From contig CM022678.1 in assembly GCA_012295275.1 (NCBI GenBank), positions 18,910,001 to 18,974,000 on the forward strand: 64,000 bases of DNA, given 5' to 3'. Below, piece after piece: positions 1-13,298 of the stretch (position 1 is the first letter of the stretch; every line of letters starts with the position of its first letter). The position numbers were made by a program, and so were the translations under genes. The notes below the pieces were generated by a model. That model was not told where the DNA came from. It did no database searches and was given only the letters and a program-made list of their open reading frames with translations. Source of the DNA: Chrysomallon squamiferum (lineage: Eukaryota > Animalia > Mollusca).

Positions 1-245
1 TGTCTGATTAATCTGTTTTGTTTGTTTTTGTCTTCTTCTCTTTTTTTCGTCTTATTGTTTTCTCTCTCTTTTTTTTTGAGGTAAATGTGCTAATAAATGT
101 AGAAAATGTTTTGTTTACTGAATATCGTATTTATAAAAATAAGCAGAAAAGTGACAGCTGATGATGAAATCCAACATAATACAAATATTTCATTATCATT
201 TAACTGCTATTTCTTACCAATTTTTATCCTTTCTAAAATCCTTAC

Positions 246-285
246 CTAATGATGTTGTGCTTTGTTCTGTTTTCGCAGCCATCAT
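246..285 (-). CDS. Start-codon exon of TPR-TIR paralog copy 0 (its large exon lies left of the window)
   Basis: Homologous to exons 9821-9888 and 20072-20139. Acceptor ttttag|G, then ATG ATG GCT GCG AAA ACA GAA CAA AGC ACA ACA TCA TTA G (MMAAKTEQSTTSL) and a phase-1 donor G|GTAAGG at 246/245. Confidence 0.6.
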
Positions 286-476
286 CCTAAAATAAAGTTA
301 CAAAATATTTGATTAATATTGTTTTTGGTTCTCCATTGTACTTATCTCTAGGACTAACCAAAAGTCAACTTCTTGTTCTTGTGCTTCATCTTCTTCTTCT
401 GTTTTGTTCTTGATTCTTCTTCTTCTTCTTCTTATTCTTCTTCTTCTTCTTCTTCTTCTTCTTCTTCTTCTAGTTC

Positions 477-508
<32 letters not shown>

Positions 509-1764
509 TTTATTTTAAATCATATATTTTGGAAAATTAAAGAATAAAAAGAAATAATATATATTTTCTTAATAATTTTTTATTTTTCTTTTAATTCTTA
601 TAATTCTTAAACAAATATAAATAAATAAAAATGGGAATAAATAAAAATAAAACAATAAGAAGAATAAATAAAGAAAAGAAAATAAAGAAGAAGAAGAAGA
701 ATAATAAGAAGAAGAACAACAACCAATGAGAAAAATAACTTTTTTTTTTTTAATTTAACATAAATAAATACATAGATAAATAAATAAATCGGATTTCTAG
801 TTTGAAACTAAATTTCTAACAGTTCCATATTCTCTTCTTTATCAGCCTGCATGTATAAAACATAGAGAGACAAACAGGGTGTATGAAATTAGGTGAATGA
901 GATATGTAATCGAAACTATAGCGAGTAAACAGACCCGTAAGGTATGAGAAATATTTATTAAACAGTTGTTAGTGGGATTTTTTCTTCTTCTTTTTACAGG
1001 AACACTCCTGTTTCTTGTTTGCTTCAGAGAATAATCAACGAAATCACCTGCGTCTACATTTTAAATGTATAAAATTAAAATAATAAAATAATAATAATAA
1101 TAATAAAAATATTTTTCTCTCAGGCTTCTGTAAATCTGGATTTTAATTACGGTATCAAAATCCTACTGGTTTCATTAAACATTCGCATTGATTTACGTGA
1201 TCCTATTATTTCTGAACTAAGCTGAAATTTTACTTAATGTGTTGTGTCATCGGGTTCTTGTGTGTTTGGTTATTCCTTTTCGTGGTAGTTATAATTTACA
1301 TATATCACTAGATAATTCATGAATGAATTTTATATTTTAATGTACAAGTAATGAATTAAATATTATTTAAATATACAGTAATAATAAATGCTAAATCAAA
1401 CTTACACGTTATCGCTGTATGGTCCTTACTCTCGAATGAACAGTCAAAAACTATGATAGCTTTACCTTTTCAGTTTGATATATATATATATGTATATATC
1501 AGGTGTCTACTTTCCTTATTGAAATTCCAAGAATCGGTACAATAAAATGTGAAAGTTACATAAGGGATGTCACCTAATAAGGTAATGTTATGAACTTGCG
1601 GCATGACAACAATCTAAACGCATTCATGGCACACACCTCCTTGTCATATCTGTGTGCTTTATACTGTATCGTGGCCGGACCTAGTTCATTTTATTATTAA
1701 ATTACAAATACAATAAAATACTGAGTTATTGTGACAGAATACGTGAAGCTTTAAATATTAAAAT

Positions 1765-1960
1765 TTAATTATTAAGTATTTGCAAAAAAATTATATATTT
1801 ATGTGGAAATGGAGATGAGTCTGATCTCAAGACCTTCCTAATTTTATTTCTATTTATTTTTATTATTTCTTTCTTTATATAGGAAGGTAAAATTAGGAAG
1901 GTCTTGAGATCAGATTTCCACATAAATATATAATTTGTTTGAATTACTTAATAATTTAAT
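1765..1960. repeat. Local inverted duplication (fold-back hairpin)
   Basis: Perfect 27-bp inverted repeat: TCTGATCTCAAGACCTTCCTAATTTTA (1820-1846) and its reverse complement (1888-1914). Imperfect pairing extends outward (TTATGTGGAAAT / ATTTCCACATAA). Confidence 0.85.
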
Positions 1961-2860
1961 TCCAAGATATAGATCTTTAGGGTGAAACTAGGTAATCAAA
2001 CTAAAAGCTATAAAAGGTATGTCCCCTGATTCTTCTTCTTCTTCTTATTATATATTATTACTATTATTATTATTATTATTAAAAGCTTAAGGGATGTCGC
2101 CTGATTATTATTATTCTTCTTATTATTATTATTATTAACTACTACTATTACTACTTTTATTACTCAATTCCAGCTTCGAAGAAAATTATATTTGTGTCAT
2201 CCGATTCTAGCTGGTCTTAACAAACCTTACAAGCCAGTCTCGTAATTTCTTTGTTATGAGCTGAGGAGCATTTTTAGTGTGGGGTTTCGTTTGCGCCTTT
2301 TATAACAATATATATCAATACATTATCCAACTATCAAATTAATATTTGATAGGAACTTTATACGTTCATTAAATTTAGTTATTTCGCGAACGTGGTTAAA
2401 TAAACTGAAAATACATATGACTAATTTTCTTGCAGTTAGAAAAATAAAAAGATGAACAATAGGTGTTGATGTACACTAGAATAAACTATTGGTGTTAGTT
2501 TGTATTTGTGTTTTTTTTACTGAATCCAAACTAAAGGTCCACCCGTCTCTCCGTAACAAATGTTATCGTTATCAAGACGTATTTCATTTCACATCAACGT
2601 TGACTTTCAAGACTTTAACAGCTTAGGTCCAGATAGGTCTAAACGCAGCATTGATTCTCTCACAAGTTAATTCAAAACGAATCCACATTAAACGATGCAC
2701 GTACAATGTACACCTTTGTTTATTTGTCAGTATATGTCTCACGGTATTAAAATTCTAAATATCTTTTATTGTCAAGTGAACTCAAACACGCTAGTAAAGA
2801 AAATCATAATTTATTTCTTGTCTTATCTGTGTTTACTTATTTAACTTGATAAAGTCCTAC

Positions 2861-3030
2861 TTCCATTGTTTTCGCTGAGGCCGACCAGTCTTGTTGTTAT
2901 GGAGTCATTTTATGATCGACATGTCGAGCTGACCTGAGTCTCGAGTGACCAGACTGCGGCATTATCGTAATCACGTGATCATCATGATCTTAGGAAACTA
3001 TTCGTGTCTCATTCGTTAGCCAGTCTATTT
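2861..3030 (-). promoter_or_regulatory. Putative promoter and non-coding first exon of TPR-TIR copy 0
   Basis: CpG-containing block in an AT-rich background. Contains ATCACGTGAT (E-box, 2970-2979), the palindrome TCGACATGTCGA (2916-2927) and a minus-strand donor-like GAA|GTAGGA at 2861/2860. Conserved at 13299-13460. Confidence 0.45.
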
Positions 3031-3098
3031 AGAATGTACGATCAGCTACCTAATTGATTAAATGTTTTGTTTCTTTGTTTGTTTCTTTGTTTATTTTA

Positions 3099-3171
<73 letters not shown>

Positions 3172-3960
3172 TATTATTATTATATTTTTTTTCCTGAATG
3201 TTTTTACTACCGTTCAGTTTAATGGTATGATATAAAATTACGTAAACTTAAATTTGTTTTTAACACTTAACTTTTCATATAATATTATCTGCGCACGGAA
3301 CAAAAGTTACGACCATCTTTCCATGTGGGTATATGACTAATGACATCACATTAGTATTTATTTTGATATATATTTTTTTTCCATTGAACTTCTGTAAACG
3401 TACTTTTTTGATCTAATGGCAGATATAAATTTTAAACAATTCTTGATTAGCTAAATCTTTCAGTATGGATATATGACTATTCACATCACATAGTATTTCT
3501 TTTCACAGAACAAATTTAACAGTGAAGCTCTGTAAACGTACTTTTTTTTTCTAAAGACAGATATCAATAATTAATATTAACCTTGACAAAATTTCTTTAT
3601 TAACAAAATATATTTTTTGAGGTACTGTTTATTTATTGAAGTTAACCTCGGGGTTATTTACTTATTATTAATATGAGATAATTTAAATATTTGTTTCTGT
3701 TTTTATGTATGTTAATAGCTTAATGAATTGGCTAGGTTATTTTTCGTGGAATTATGCTATTATTACTACTACTTTTGTAACTACTATAACAGCTACAACT
3801 ACAGTAACAACAACAACTACTACTAAAACTACTGCTACTATTACAACCACTACTATTACTACTAATATTACACTGGTTTATAAAAATTAGAAATTAGACA
3901 TTCTTCTTACACCTTTTAGAGTTATCAGTTCTTTCACATTCTTGTCAGTCCTTTGTCAAT

Positions 3961-4498
3961 TTACAAACTGACATCAGCATTAACAAGAAGTGGAAAAGTT
4001 TCCAATAGCCAGAGTACTTCAGTTTTCTTTTCTGCATGTCCTGTTTAGAAATCACTCAGTTCCGTGACTTGGTGAGTCTCTACTGATTTCAAGCATACAA
4101 GCTTCATCTTCTCTATTTTGGGTAGCAGCGGCTATTGCCAAATCAATGACCTGTTTCCAGTGTGTGTTTGACGTATCGGAATTAACAACTACAACAATGC
4201 ATCAAGTAAGAGGCATTATGTGTTTAAAAGAACACATTTTATCCGCTGCATCCGCAAGGTCATCATTTCTCGTGACTTCGAGAACAGCATTTTTTTCCAG
4301 ATTTTCATCAATCTTCATTGTAATGTGTGATGTATTGCAGTCGTCTTTGTCATGGAGAATCATAATATCAGCAGCATTATTGGTTTCATCTTCTTTGTTC
4401 GTTTTTTAATAGAAAGTGAAAATCTTTCTGAAACAAGACCAATCTTTATTCCTTGACTCGCCTGTTGATAGGATATGCTCTGCTCTATTCAGGTAAAC
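3961..4498 (-). pseudogene. TIR-domain-only pseudogene fragment of the TPR-TIR family
   Basis: Translates as VYLNRAEHILSTG...FRKIFTFY*KTNKEDETNNAADIMILHDKDD...MPLT*CIVVVVNSDTSNTHWKQVIDLAIAA...WLLETFPLLVNADVSL*. Homologous to the C-terminus of the 7203-9316 exon, with internal stops and a frameshift. Confidence 0.9.
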
Positions 4499-4707
4499 TT
4501 TTTCTTTCTTTCTTTTTTTTTTAAATTAATAACAATAAATCAGAAAATCGGCGAAAATCAAGGAATATCGGCGAAAATAATAATTGATTACTAAAATCGG
4601 ATATAAGAAAGAAGTTTTACTTTTTTATTATTATTATATTTTAATGATATATAATAAGAAAATTGGTGAAGGAACGTTCACTGAAAAAGATATTTTCAAA
4701 AAATATA

Positions 4708-4847
<140 letters not shown>

Positions 4848-4939
4848 TCTTATATAAGTGTGTCTGTGTGTCTGTAGTTGTGTGTTTTGTGTGTAGATTT
4901 CAGTTTGTATCTTTTGGCTCAATTGTACATTTCTGTTAC

Positions 4940-4973
<34 letters not shown>

Positions 4974-5211
4974 GTTGTTGTTGTTGCTGTTGTTGTTGTT
5001 GTTGTTATTGTTATTTAAAACCATACTTTTGGAAAGGACAGAAAAAGAAAAAGAAAAATAATAATAAGAAGAAGAGAAGGAATGTTTTTCTATAAGATAA
5101 AAGGATAATAAATAAATAAATTAGGTAGAATATAAATACACAGACACGAACGCACACACTCACAAAAATAATAACATTAAATTAAGTATTTCATGTCACA
5201 TTTGTGAAAGG

Positions 5212-5274
<63 letters not shown>

Positions 5275-5392
5275 TGAAACCTTACGTTTGCAAAAGCCAA
5301 TGATAATTTTTTTTTAAAACTAATGAGAAGAAGAAGAAAAGGACATTTTTTTATTTATTTATTTTTTTTTTTTCAGTAACAAAACTGAATAA

Positions 5393-5423
<31 letters not shown>

Positions 5424-6185
5424 ACAAATGAAGTATGTCTAGCTTTTAACTGGGTATTCCCAACAGCTCCGTACCCTTCTTTACATTTATCATCCTACGT
5501 GACGTAAACATAGCGCACTTATCAGCCGATATATAACAGCATAGAAACAGAAACACGTGTATGAAATTACGTCACTGAGATCTGCAATAAATATAGCGAG
5601 TAAACAGACCCAGAAGATATAAGAAATATTTGTTAGTAGATTTGTTTTCTTTCTTTTTGTATTATTTTGAGGAATCAAAGATGTGTAGTGTTTAGCATGT
5701 TTAGCATAGACTGTGAGTCAGACACTATTCAGCGAAATCAGCTCCATCCTCATCTTAAATTTGAATAAATAAAATAATAAAATAATAATTATTATAGTAA
5801 TAAACAAATGTTTGCCTCATATATCTGTAAAATTTGATTTATTTATTTACTAGTTTTCTAAGTAATTGTGATAACTTTACTTTTTCAAAGTAATATAAAT
5901 CTTGTGTCTTCTTTCCTTATTGAAATTAGAACAGTCAACAGAGTAAGAGTAGATAAACAATCTATATAAGGTGTGTATGACCTCGTCACATTCAGGTCAA
6001 CACCTCCTTATAACATGTACTTGCTTCTTAGGTTATCATGTCCGTACATTTTATTATCAAATTGCTAATAGAATAAAATACTGGGTTTTTCCAGATCAAA
6101 CTGTGATATTTGTATTTCTATTATTAGTTTTTTCTAAAGTTTTATATTTTTTTAATAATATATTTTATTATTGTTGTTATTGTTA

Positions 6186-6243
<58 letters not shown>

Positions 6244-6478
6244 TAGAAAGAAATTGAAATATGAAATTGTATTTTCAAATTTAAATTAAATTCATTTTCA
6301 CCAGATTATTCTTCCTTTGTTCATGTCAGTATATAATGGTAGTAATTGTCTTACATTCTATTGTTCTTGTTGCCGTTCTTTCCTTCTTGTTGTCAATTTT
6401 ATTGTCGTTTTCTATTTCTCCTTCGTTATATTATTGTTACTATTACTATTATTATTATTATGATTATTATTATTATTA

Positions 6479-6560
<82 letters not shown>

Positions 6561-7017
6561 AAAGCACTTGAAGCTGAAAAAGTCAAAAGGTTGGTGTAGA
6601 CATTTCACATAATGACAGTAACCTCACACAAAGCTCTTTACATAAAAATAAGACTTCTAACTCTTCCAACTCTAAATTACAAAATTACAAAAAACTATTC
6701 ACATACAAAGATTATATTATATTATATTATATTAAACAGTTATATTACATTATATTATAAATAAGCCTTGTTACTTATATTACACTTTAGATTATACAAA
6801 TTTCATTTCAACCATAACGCTATTGAAAAATATATTAAAATAACTGTAGACCGTCTGTACAACATGTATACGTAGATTTAATTTTTATATATATCTGTTG
6901 CATCTATGTACGGATTTGTTTTCTCGAAAACATTTCTAGTCCAAACATTTACTAGAAGGAATCCTAAAATAAATATAATTATTAGCATAATTGTTGTTGT
7001 TGCCGATCATCTTCATG

Positions 7018-7049
<32 letters not shown>

Positions 7050-7202
7050 GTTGTTGTTGTTGTTATTATTATTATTATCATTGTAGTAATAGAGGTAGTA
7101 GTAGTAGTACTAGTAGTAATAGTAGTAGTATTTTGATTAACAAAGTCAAACAATACATGCAGTTCAATTCAAATTCTTGTGAAGATCAGTAAATGACAAC
7201 CT

Positions 7203-9316
7203 TTACAAATTGACGTCAGCATTAACAAGAAGTGGACAAGTTTCCAGCAGCCAGTCCACTGCAGTTTTGTCGTCTACTTCGTCTGGCGGAGTTTTTCCTG
7301 TTTTGAAATCATTCAGTTCAGTGACTTGGTCAGTCTCTCCTGATTTCAAGCACACAATCATCATCTTCTCCTTCTTCGTAGCATTTGCTATTGCCAAATC
7401 AATTACCTGTTTCCAGTGTGTGTTTGGCGTATCCGAATTAACAGCTACAACAAAGCATCGAATAGTAGGCATCAATCGTTTGTAAAAAGAGATATCATCC
7501 ATTCCTTCAAAGGCAAGTTCATCATTCCTCGTGACTTCAAGACCTGTATAGTTTTCCAGAATATTCTGAATCTTCACTGAAATCTGAGATGTTTGCCAGT
7601 CGTCTTTGTCATTGAGGATCATGATATCAGCACCGTTTATTTCATCTTCTTTGTTTGTTTTGTAATAGAACGTAAAAATCCTTCTGAAACACGACCAAGC
7701 TTTACACGGAGGCTGGCCTCTTGAAAAGATCTGCTGTGCTGTTTTCAGGTAAACTCTACTGACAAGAGAGGAACGAATGTCATCAGCTTGTTCCGTACCC
7801 ATCACCAGACTGACACAGAGTCTGGCATTTTCGAATTCTTGTCGGTCAAGATATTCCTGTGTAATTCCAATCCAGTCTTCTGGGCACTGATATCGGGTTT
7901 GAATTTTCCTATAAATCGGAAGAGAAGGTGCGAATTCATTTAGCATGCAGTAAACATCTTTAACTTGCCACGGTATTTCTACTCCAGGCGGACCATTCCT
8001 TTGTTTCAGCAAATCAGTTACAGTTCTAAAATGAGTGCGATATTTGTGCAGCACTTCTGAAGCAGATGCTTCTATAGCAAGAATTTTGTAGTTTACTTCT
8101 TCTTTCCTGAGCCGAGCCTGTTCACCTGGAGAAAGTGTCCGATTTTTACTTTTTTCAAAACAGATATTAGACAATTTCTTTAAAGCAGAAACTTTATAGA
8201 AGGGATTGGTATCACTTTCTGCTCTTTCTGTTACATCTCTTAAGACGGATTCAGCATCTTCAAAGGATTTATTCGTGATGTAAGCGGAAGCCAAGTCAAG
8301 TGCAGCATCAAAATTTTCGCCGTGTGTGATTTCAACGGCCTGTTTTAAAGTTTCTATCGCATGCTGAAATGTTATCCTGTTCCTTTCTTGTTTCGATTTT
8401 CTCAGCAGAACTTTTCCCAGCTGATCAAGAGCATTGCCTGTTGGGCGAAGCCTGACTGACTCTTCTAACAGTCTCTCAGCTTTATCCAGTTGCTTTGTGT
8501 TTAGGAAATGCTTACCGCACCTAGCAAGCACAAAGGGGACGTGTTTGCTTAATTCCAGAGCTTTCAGAAAATATTCCTTATGCGAAAGTAGCTCAATTTC
8601 TTGTCGCACCTTTTCTAAGACCTTAGTGTCTTCAAATGGTGTCGATCTAAATTCAAGCCGTTTCGCTAATTCCCCAAGCTCGGCATACGCCATGGCATTC
8701 AGTGGTTCAGGACCTTTACTGCCGACATCATGGAGCAGTTTACAGCATCTAACAGCGAGTTCAGCGACATCCACACCTGACTGAATTGAATAGCTCTGAG
8801 TGGACAAAGATCGCCTATGTGTTAGACCCTCTCCAAATTTCCATTCGTATTCTTCTGGATATTTCTGATTTACTTTTCTGTACAACTCCAGAGCCTTTGG
8901 ATAAGAAGCTGTCGAGATCCTAGCGTAGCAATAAGCAAGTTCAGCTTCAGCTACAGCAAGCATCCTGTTAAGGTCTCCGTCCAGGTTTTCCAGTTCGATT
9001 AATTCTGATTCAGCAGAACCGTCGTCCTGTTTTAGCAGAAAACGCACATGGTTTGCACGAGCTACAATGTTAGTATGGTCTCGATCACGGACTTTTAAAT
9101 TTATATCGGTTGCCATGTCTCGATCTCCTAGCAAAAACAGCAAGAAGGAAATAAAATTGTCGTCTCGATTTCTTTCCATCTCTTCTTCTTGTTCTCGTTG
9201 TAACTTTTCAAGTACTTTTTCTCTATGCTGTTTTGAGCAGTACATGAGATCTGTAAGATGGAAGGAGTGAGGAAACGATTCCAGTCTACCTTCGAAGAAA
9301 ATGTCCTCATCTGAAG
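7203..9316 (-). CDS. Large coding exon of TTC22/IFIT-like TPR protein with C-terminal TIR-like domain, copy 1 (about 725 aa when joined to exon 9821-9884)
   Basis: Open 2114-nt frame after acceptor ttttatttttcag| (phase 1). TTC22-like motifs: LESFPHSFHL (human TTC22 LDYLPGHFHL), NIVARAN, AEAELAYCY, AMAYAELG, YFLKALELSKHVPFVLARCGKHF. The C-terminal ~140 aa follow the TIR pattern (ADIMIL...ILENYTGLEV...FEGMDDISFYKRLMPTIRCFVVAVNS...HWKQVIDLAI...KMMIVCL). Confidence 0.92.
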
Positions 9317-9463
9317 CTGAAAAATAAAATGAAAGCAATTCGAAGCTTTTGAAGAAATAGGGATCGAAAAGTGAGTGTTCCTAAAAAGATGAATTGTAAA
9401 TGTTTCCTTTTGGTTTTTCTCTTTAAAATTAATTATAATTAATCAGAAAATGTTTTCTTTACA

Positions 9464-9708
<245 letters not shown>

Positions 9709-9820
9709 TATATAAATGTGTTTCTATCGTATTTATAACAGTAAGCAGAAGAGCGTCAGTTAAAGGTGTCATACAACATAATACAAATATTTCAGTATCA
9801 TTGTAACTGTTATTTCTCAC

Positions 9821-9884
9821 CAATTTTATTCCTTCCAAAATCTTTCTCTGATGTCGTTGTGCTTTGCTCTGTTTTCGCAGCCAT
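9821..9884 (-). CDS. Start-codon exon of TPR-TIR copy 1 (MAAKTEQSTTTSEKDFGRNKI)
   Basis: Acceptor tttcttttag|GATA, ATG at 9884, 64 coding nt, donor TTG|GTGAGA. Phase 1 matches the acceptor at 9316, and 64+2114=2178 nt = 726 codons. The exon is conserved in three paralogs. Confidence 0.85.
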
Positions 9885-10012
9885 TATCCTAAAAGAAATT
9901 CACAAAATAGTTGATTAATATTGTGTTTTAGCTCCACTGTACTTTTCTCTGGAACATAATATAATTGTTTTCAAAAACCCGGGAATAAATAAAAATAAAA
10001 TAAGTAAGTAAA

Positions 10013-10082
<70 letters not shown>

Positions 10083-11249
10083 TCAATGAGAAAAAAAAAA
10101 CTTTTTTTATTTAACATACATACGTAAATAAGTAAGTAAATAAATAAAGTATTTCTAGTTTGAAACTAAATTATCTAGCACTTCCAGCAGTTCTTCTTTA
10201 TCAGCCAGCATGAGGTAAACATATTGCCCTTATCAGCCTATGTATAAGAGCATAGAGAGAGAATCGGGTGTATTCGATAACTATAGCGAGTAAAGAGACC
10301 CGTAAGGTATGAGAAATATTTATTAAACAGTTGTTAGTAGGATTTTTTGTTTTTCTTTTTACAGGATCATAACTGTTTCTTGTTTGCTTCAGAGAATAAT
10401 CAACGAAATCAGCAGCGTCTACATTTTAAATGTATAAAAATAAATGAATAAAATAATAATACTAATAATAAAAACATTTTTCTCTGAGGCTTCTGTAAAT
10501 CTTAATTTTAATTAGGTCGTCAAAATCCTACTGGTTTCAGTAAACATTCGCATCGATTTACGTGATCCTGTTATTTCCGAACTAAGATGAAATTTGACTT
10601 AATGTTTGTGTTATGAGCTTCTTGTTTGTTTCTATATTATATTTCGTACTAGTTTTAGCTTACATATATGACTAGAAAATTCATGAATGAACTTTATCTT
10701 TTAATGCACAAGTAATGAATGAATTATTACTTAAATATACAGTAATAACAAATGCTAAATCAGACTTACACGTTATCGTTGGATGTTCCTTACTCTGAAA
10801 CGGACAGTCAAAAACTTTGATAGCTTCACCTTTTCATATATAATATGCAATCAGGTGTCTGCTTTCCTTATTGAATTTCCAAGAATCGGTACAATAAAAC
10901 AAGATAGTCGATGTGAAAGCTACATAAGGGATGTCACCTAATAAGGTAATATTACGAACTTGCGGCATGACAACAATCTAAACACATTCAAGGCCACACC
11001 TCCTTGTCATATCTATTGTGCTTTACACTTTATCTTCCCGGGACATAGTTCATTTTATTATTAAATTACTAATACAATAAAATACTGAATTCTTGTGACA
11101 AAATATGTGAAGCTTTAAATATTAAAATTTAATTATTAAGTATTTGAAAAAAATTATATATTTATGTGGAAATCGAGATGAGTCTGATCTCAAGGCCTTC
11201 CTAATTTTATTTCTATTGATTATTATTATTTCTTTATATATATATATAT

Positions 11250-11253
<4 letters not shown>

Positions 11254-11343
<90 letters not shown>

Positions 11344-11468
11344 ATAAGTTTTTATCTTTTTTATTGCTAAGCAGATATGTACTTTAACGCAAATATTATT
11401 GTGTACAAAATTTAGTTATTTAGTAAAAATGATTAATCATAGAGAAACCACGCCTTAGTCATTTTCAG

Positions 11469-11545
<77 letters not shown>

Positions 11546-11816
11546 CAGCCGACTACTTTCGTTATTGAAATTCCAAGAACTGGTACAGTGAAACTAGGTA
11601 ATCAATGTGAAATCTCTTCTACAAGGGATGTCACCTGATACGGTAACGTTATGACATTGTCGCCTGACAACAATCTAAACATATTCCTGACCACACTTCC
11701 TCGTTTTATCTGTGTGCAGGCCAGGACATAGTCCACTTTATTATCAAACTGCTATTACAATAAAATACTGACTACCTGAATTCAATATATTATATATTCT
11801 ATATATAGATATATAC

Positions 11817-11914
<98 letters not shown>

Positions 11915-11935
11915 AACTCATATATATATACTTAC

Positions 11936-11984
<49 letters not shown>

Positions 11985-12038
11985 CACATATATACATATA
12001 TATATATATATTCATATATATATTTCTACACACACACT

Positions 12039-12070
<32 letters not shown>

Positions 12071-12142
12071 TATATACATACAGCCACACGTACATACATA
12101 CATACATACAGACATACATACAGACACACATACATACATACC

Positions 12143-12174
<32 letters not shown>

Positions 12175-12460
12175 TACATACAGACACACATACATACATA
12201 CACACACATACATACATACATACATTCATACATACATACAGACACACATACATACATACTTACATACATACATACATACAAACAAACATACAGACAGACA
12301 CACATACATACATACTTACATATATACATACATACATACAGAAACACATACATACATACTTACATGCATACATACATACATACATACATAGATACACACA
12401 CACATACACACATATATACATACATACATACATACATACATACATACATACATACATACA

Positions 12461-12495
<35 letters not shown>
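11254..12495. repeat. Compound microsatellite region: (AG)n, (GT)n, (TC)n, (TA)n and degenerate (TACA)n
   Basis: Direct reading; source of the spurious MYVC-repeat ORFs. Confidence 0.9.
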
Positions 12496-12572
12496 GTTTA
12501 TTTGGAAATCGAGTTCAATCTGATCACAAGGCGTTCCTAATTTTGTTCTTTCTTTCTTTATTATTATTATGA

Positions 12573-12642
<70 letters not shown>

Positions 12643-13298
12643 CATTATTAATGGCATCCAATTTTTACCGGTGTCAATAAAGGTTAGGATCCAATTTTGT
12701 AAATTTCTTTTTTATATCCCAGACATAATTTTGAATGTGTTTTTTCGTTTGAACATTTTTATAATAGTGCATATCAGTGCACTGACCATGTACATTTATA
12801 GTGTAATGGTAACTTTGTATGCTTATTAGATTTAGCTGTTTCGCGAACGTGATTAAACAAACTGAAAGTAAATATGACTAATGTTTGTGCAGTTAAGAAA
12901 AGAATAAGATAAACACTGGATGTTTCTGTGTACTTGAATCAACTGGGGGGGGTGTTTTTATTTTCAAGCCAAGCTAAAGGTCCACCCGTATCTCCGCAAC
13001 AAGTGTTATCGTTATCAAGACGTATTTCATTTCACATCAATGATGACTTTCAAGACTGCTTAGGTCCAGATACGTCTAAACGTAGCACTGATTCTCTCAG
13101 AAATTAAATTCCAAAAGAATCCACATTAAAGGATGCATATACACTGTACACCTTTGTTTATTTGTCAGTATATGCCTCACGGTATTAAAATTCTAAATAT
13201 CTTTTATTGTCAAATGAACTCGAACACGCTAGTAAAGAAATTCTTAATTTATTTCTTGTCTTATCTGTGTTTACTTATTTAACTTGATAAAGTCTTAC

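Noticed and set aside
7210-9270. Plus-strand ORFs overlapping the TPR-TIR exons (also 18201-19366, 4146-4409, 14492-14710)
   Set aside because: Antisense shadows of a coding or formerly coding sequence.
9317-9338. ORF-track start MLSFYFS for the 711-aa protein (and Met 19532 for copy 2)
   Set aside because: The TTG start lies in a polypyrimidine acceptor tract. A conserved upstream ATG exon in matching phase explains both genes better.
13024-13037. ISRE/IRF-like TTTCATTTCAC (also at about 2583; GAAACTGAAA at about 36171)
   Set aside because: Short motif expected by chance in AT-rich DNA, and it lies within a dispersed repeat module. Not supportable without functional data.
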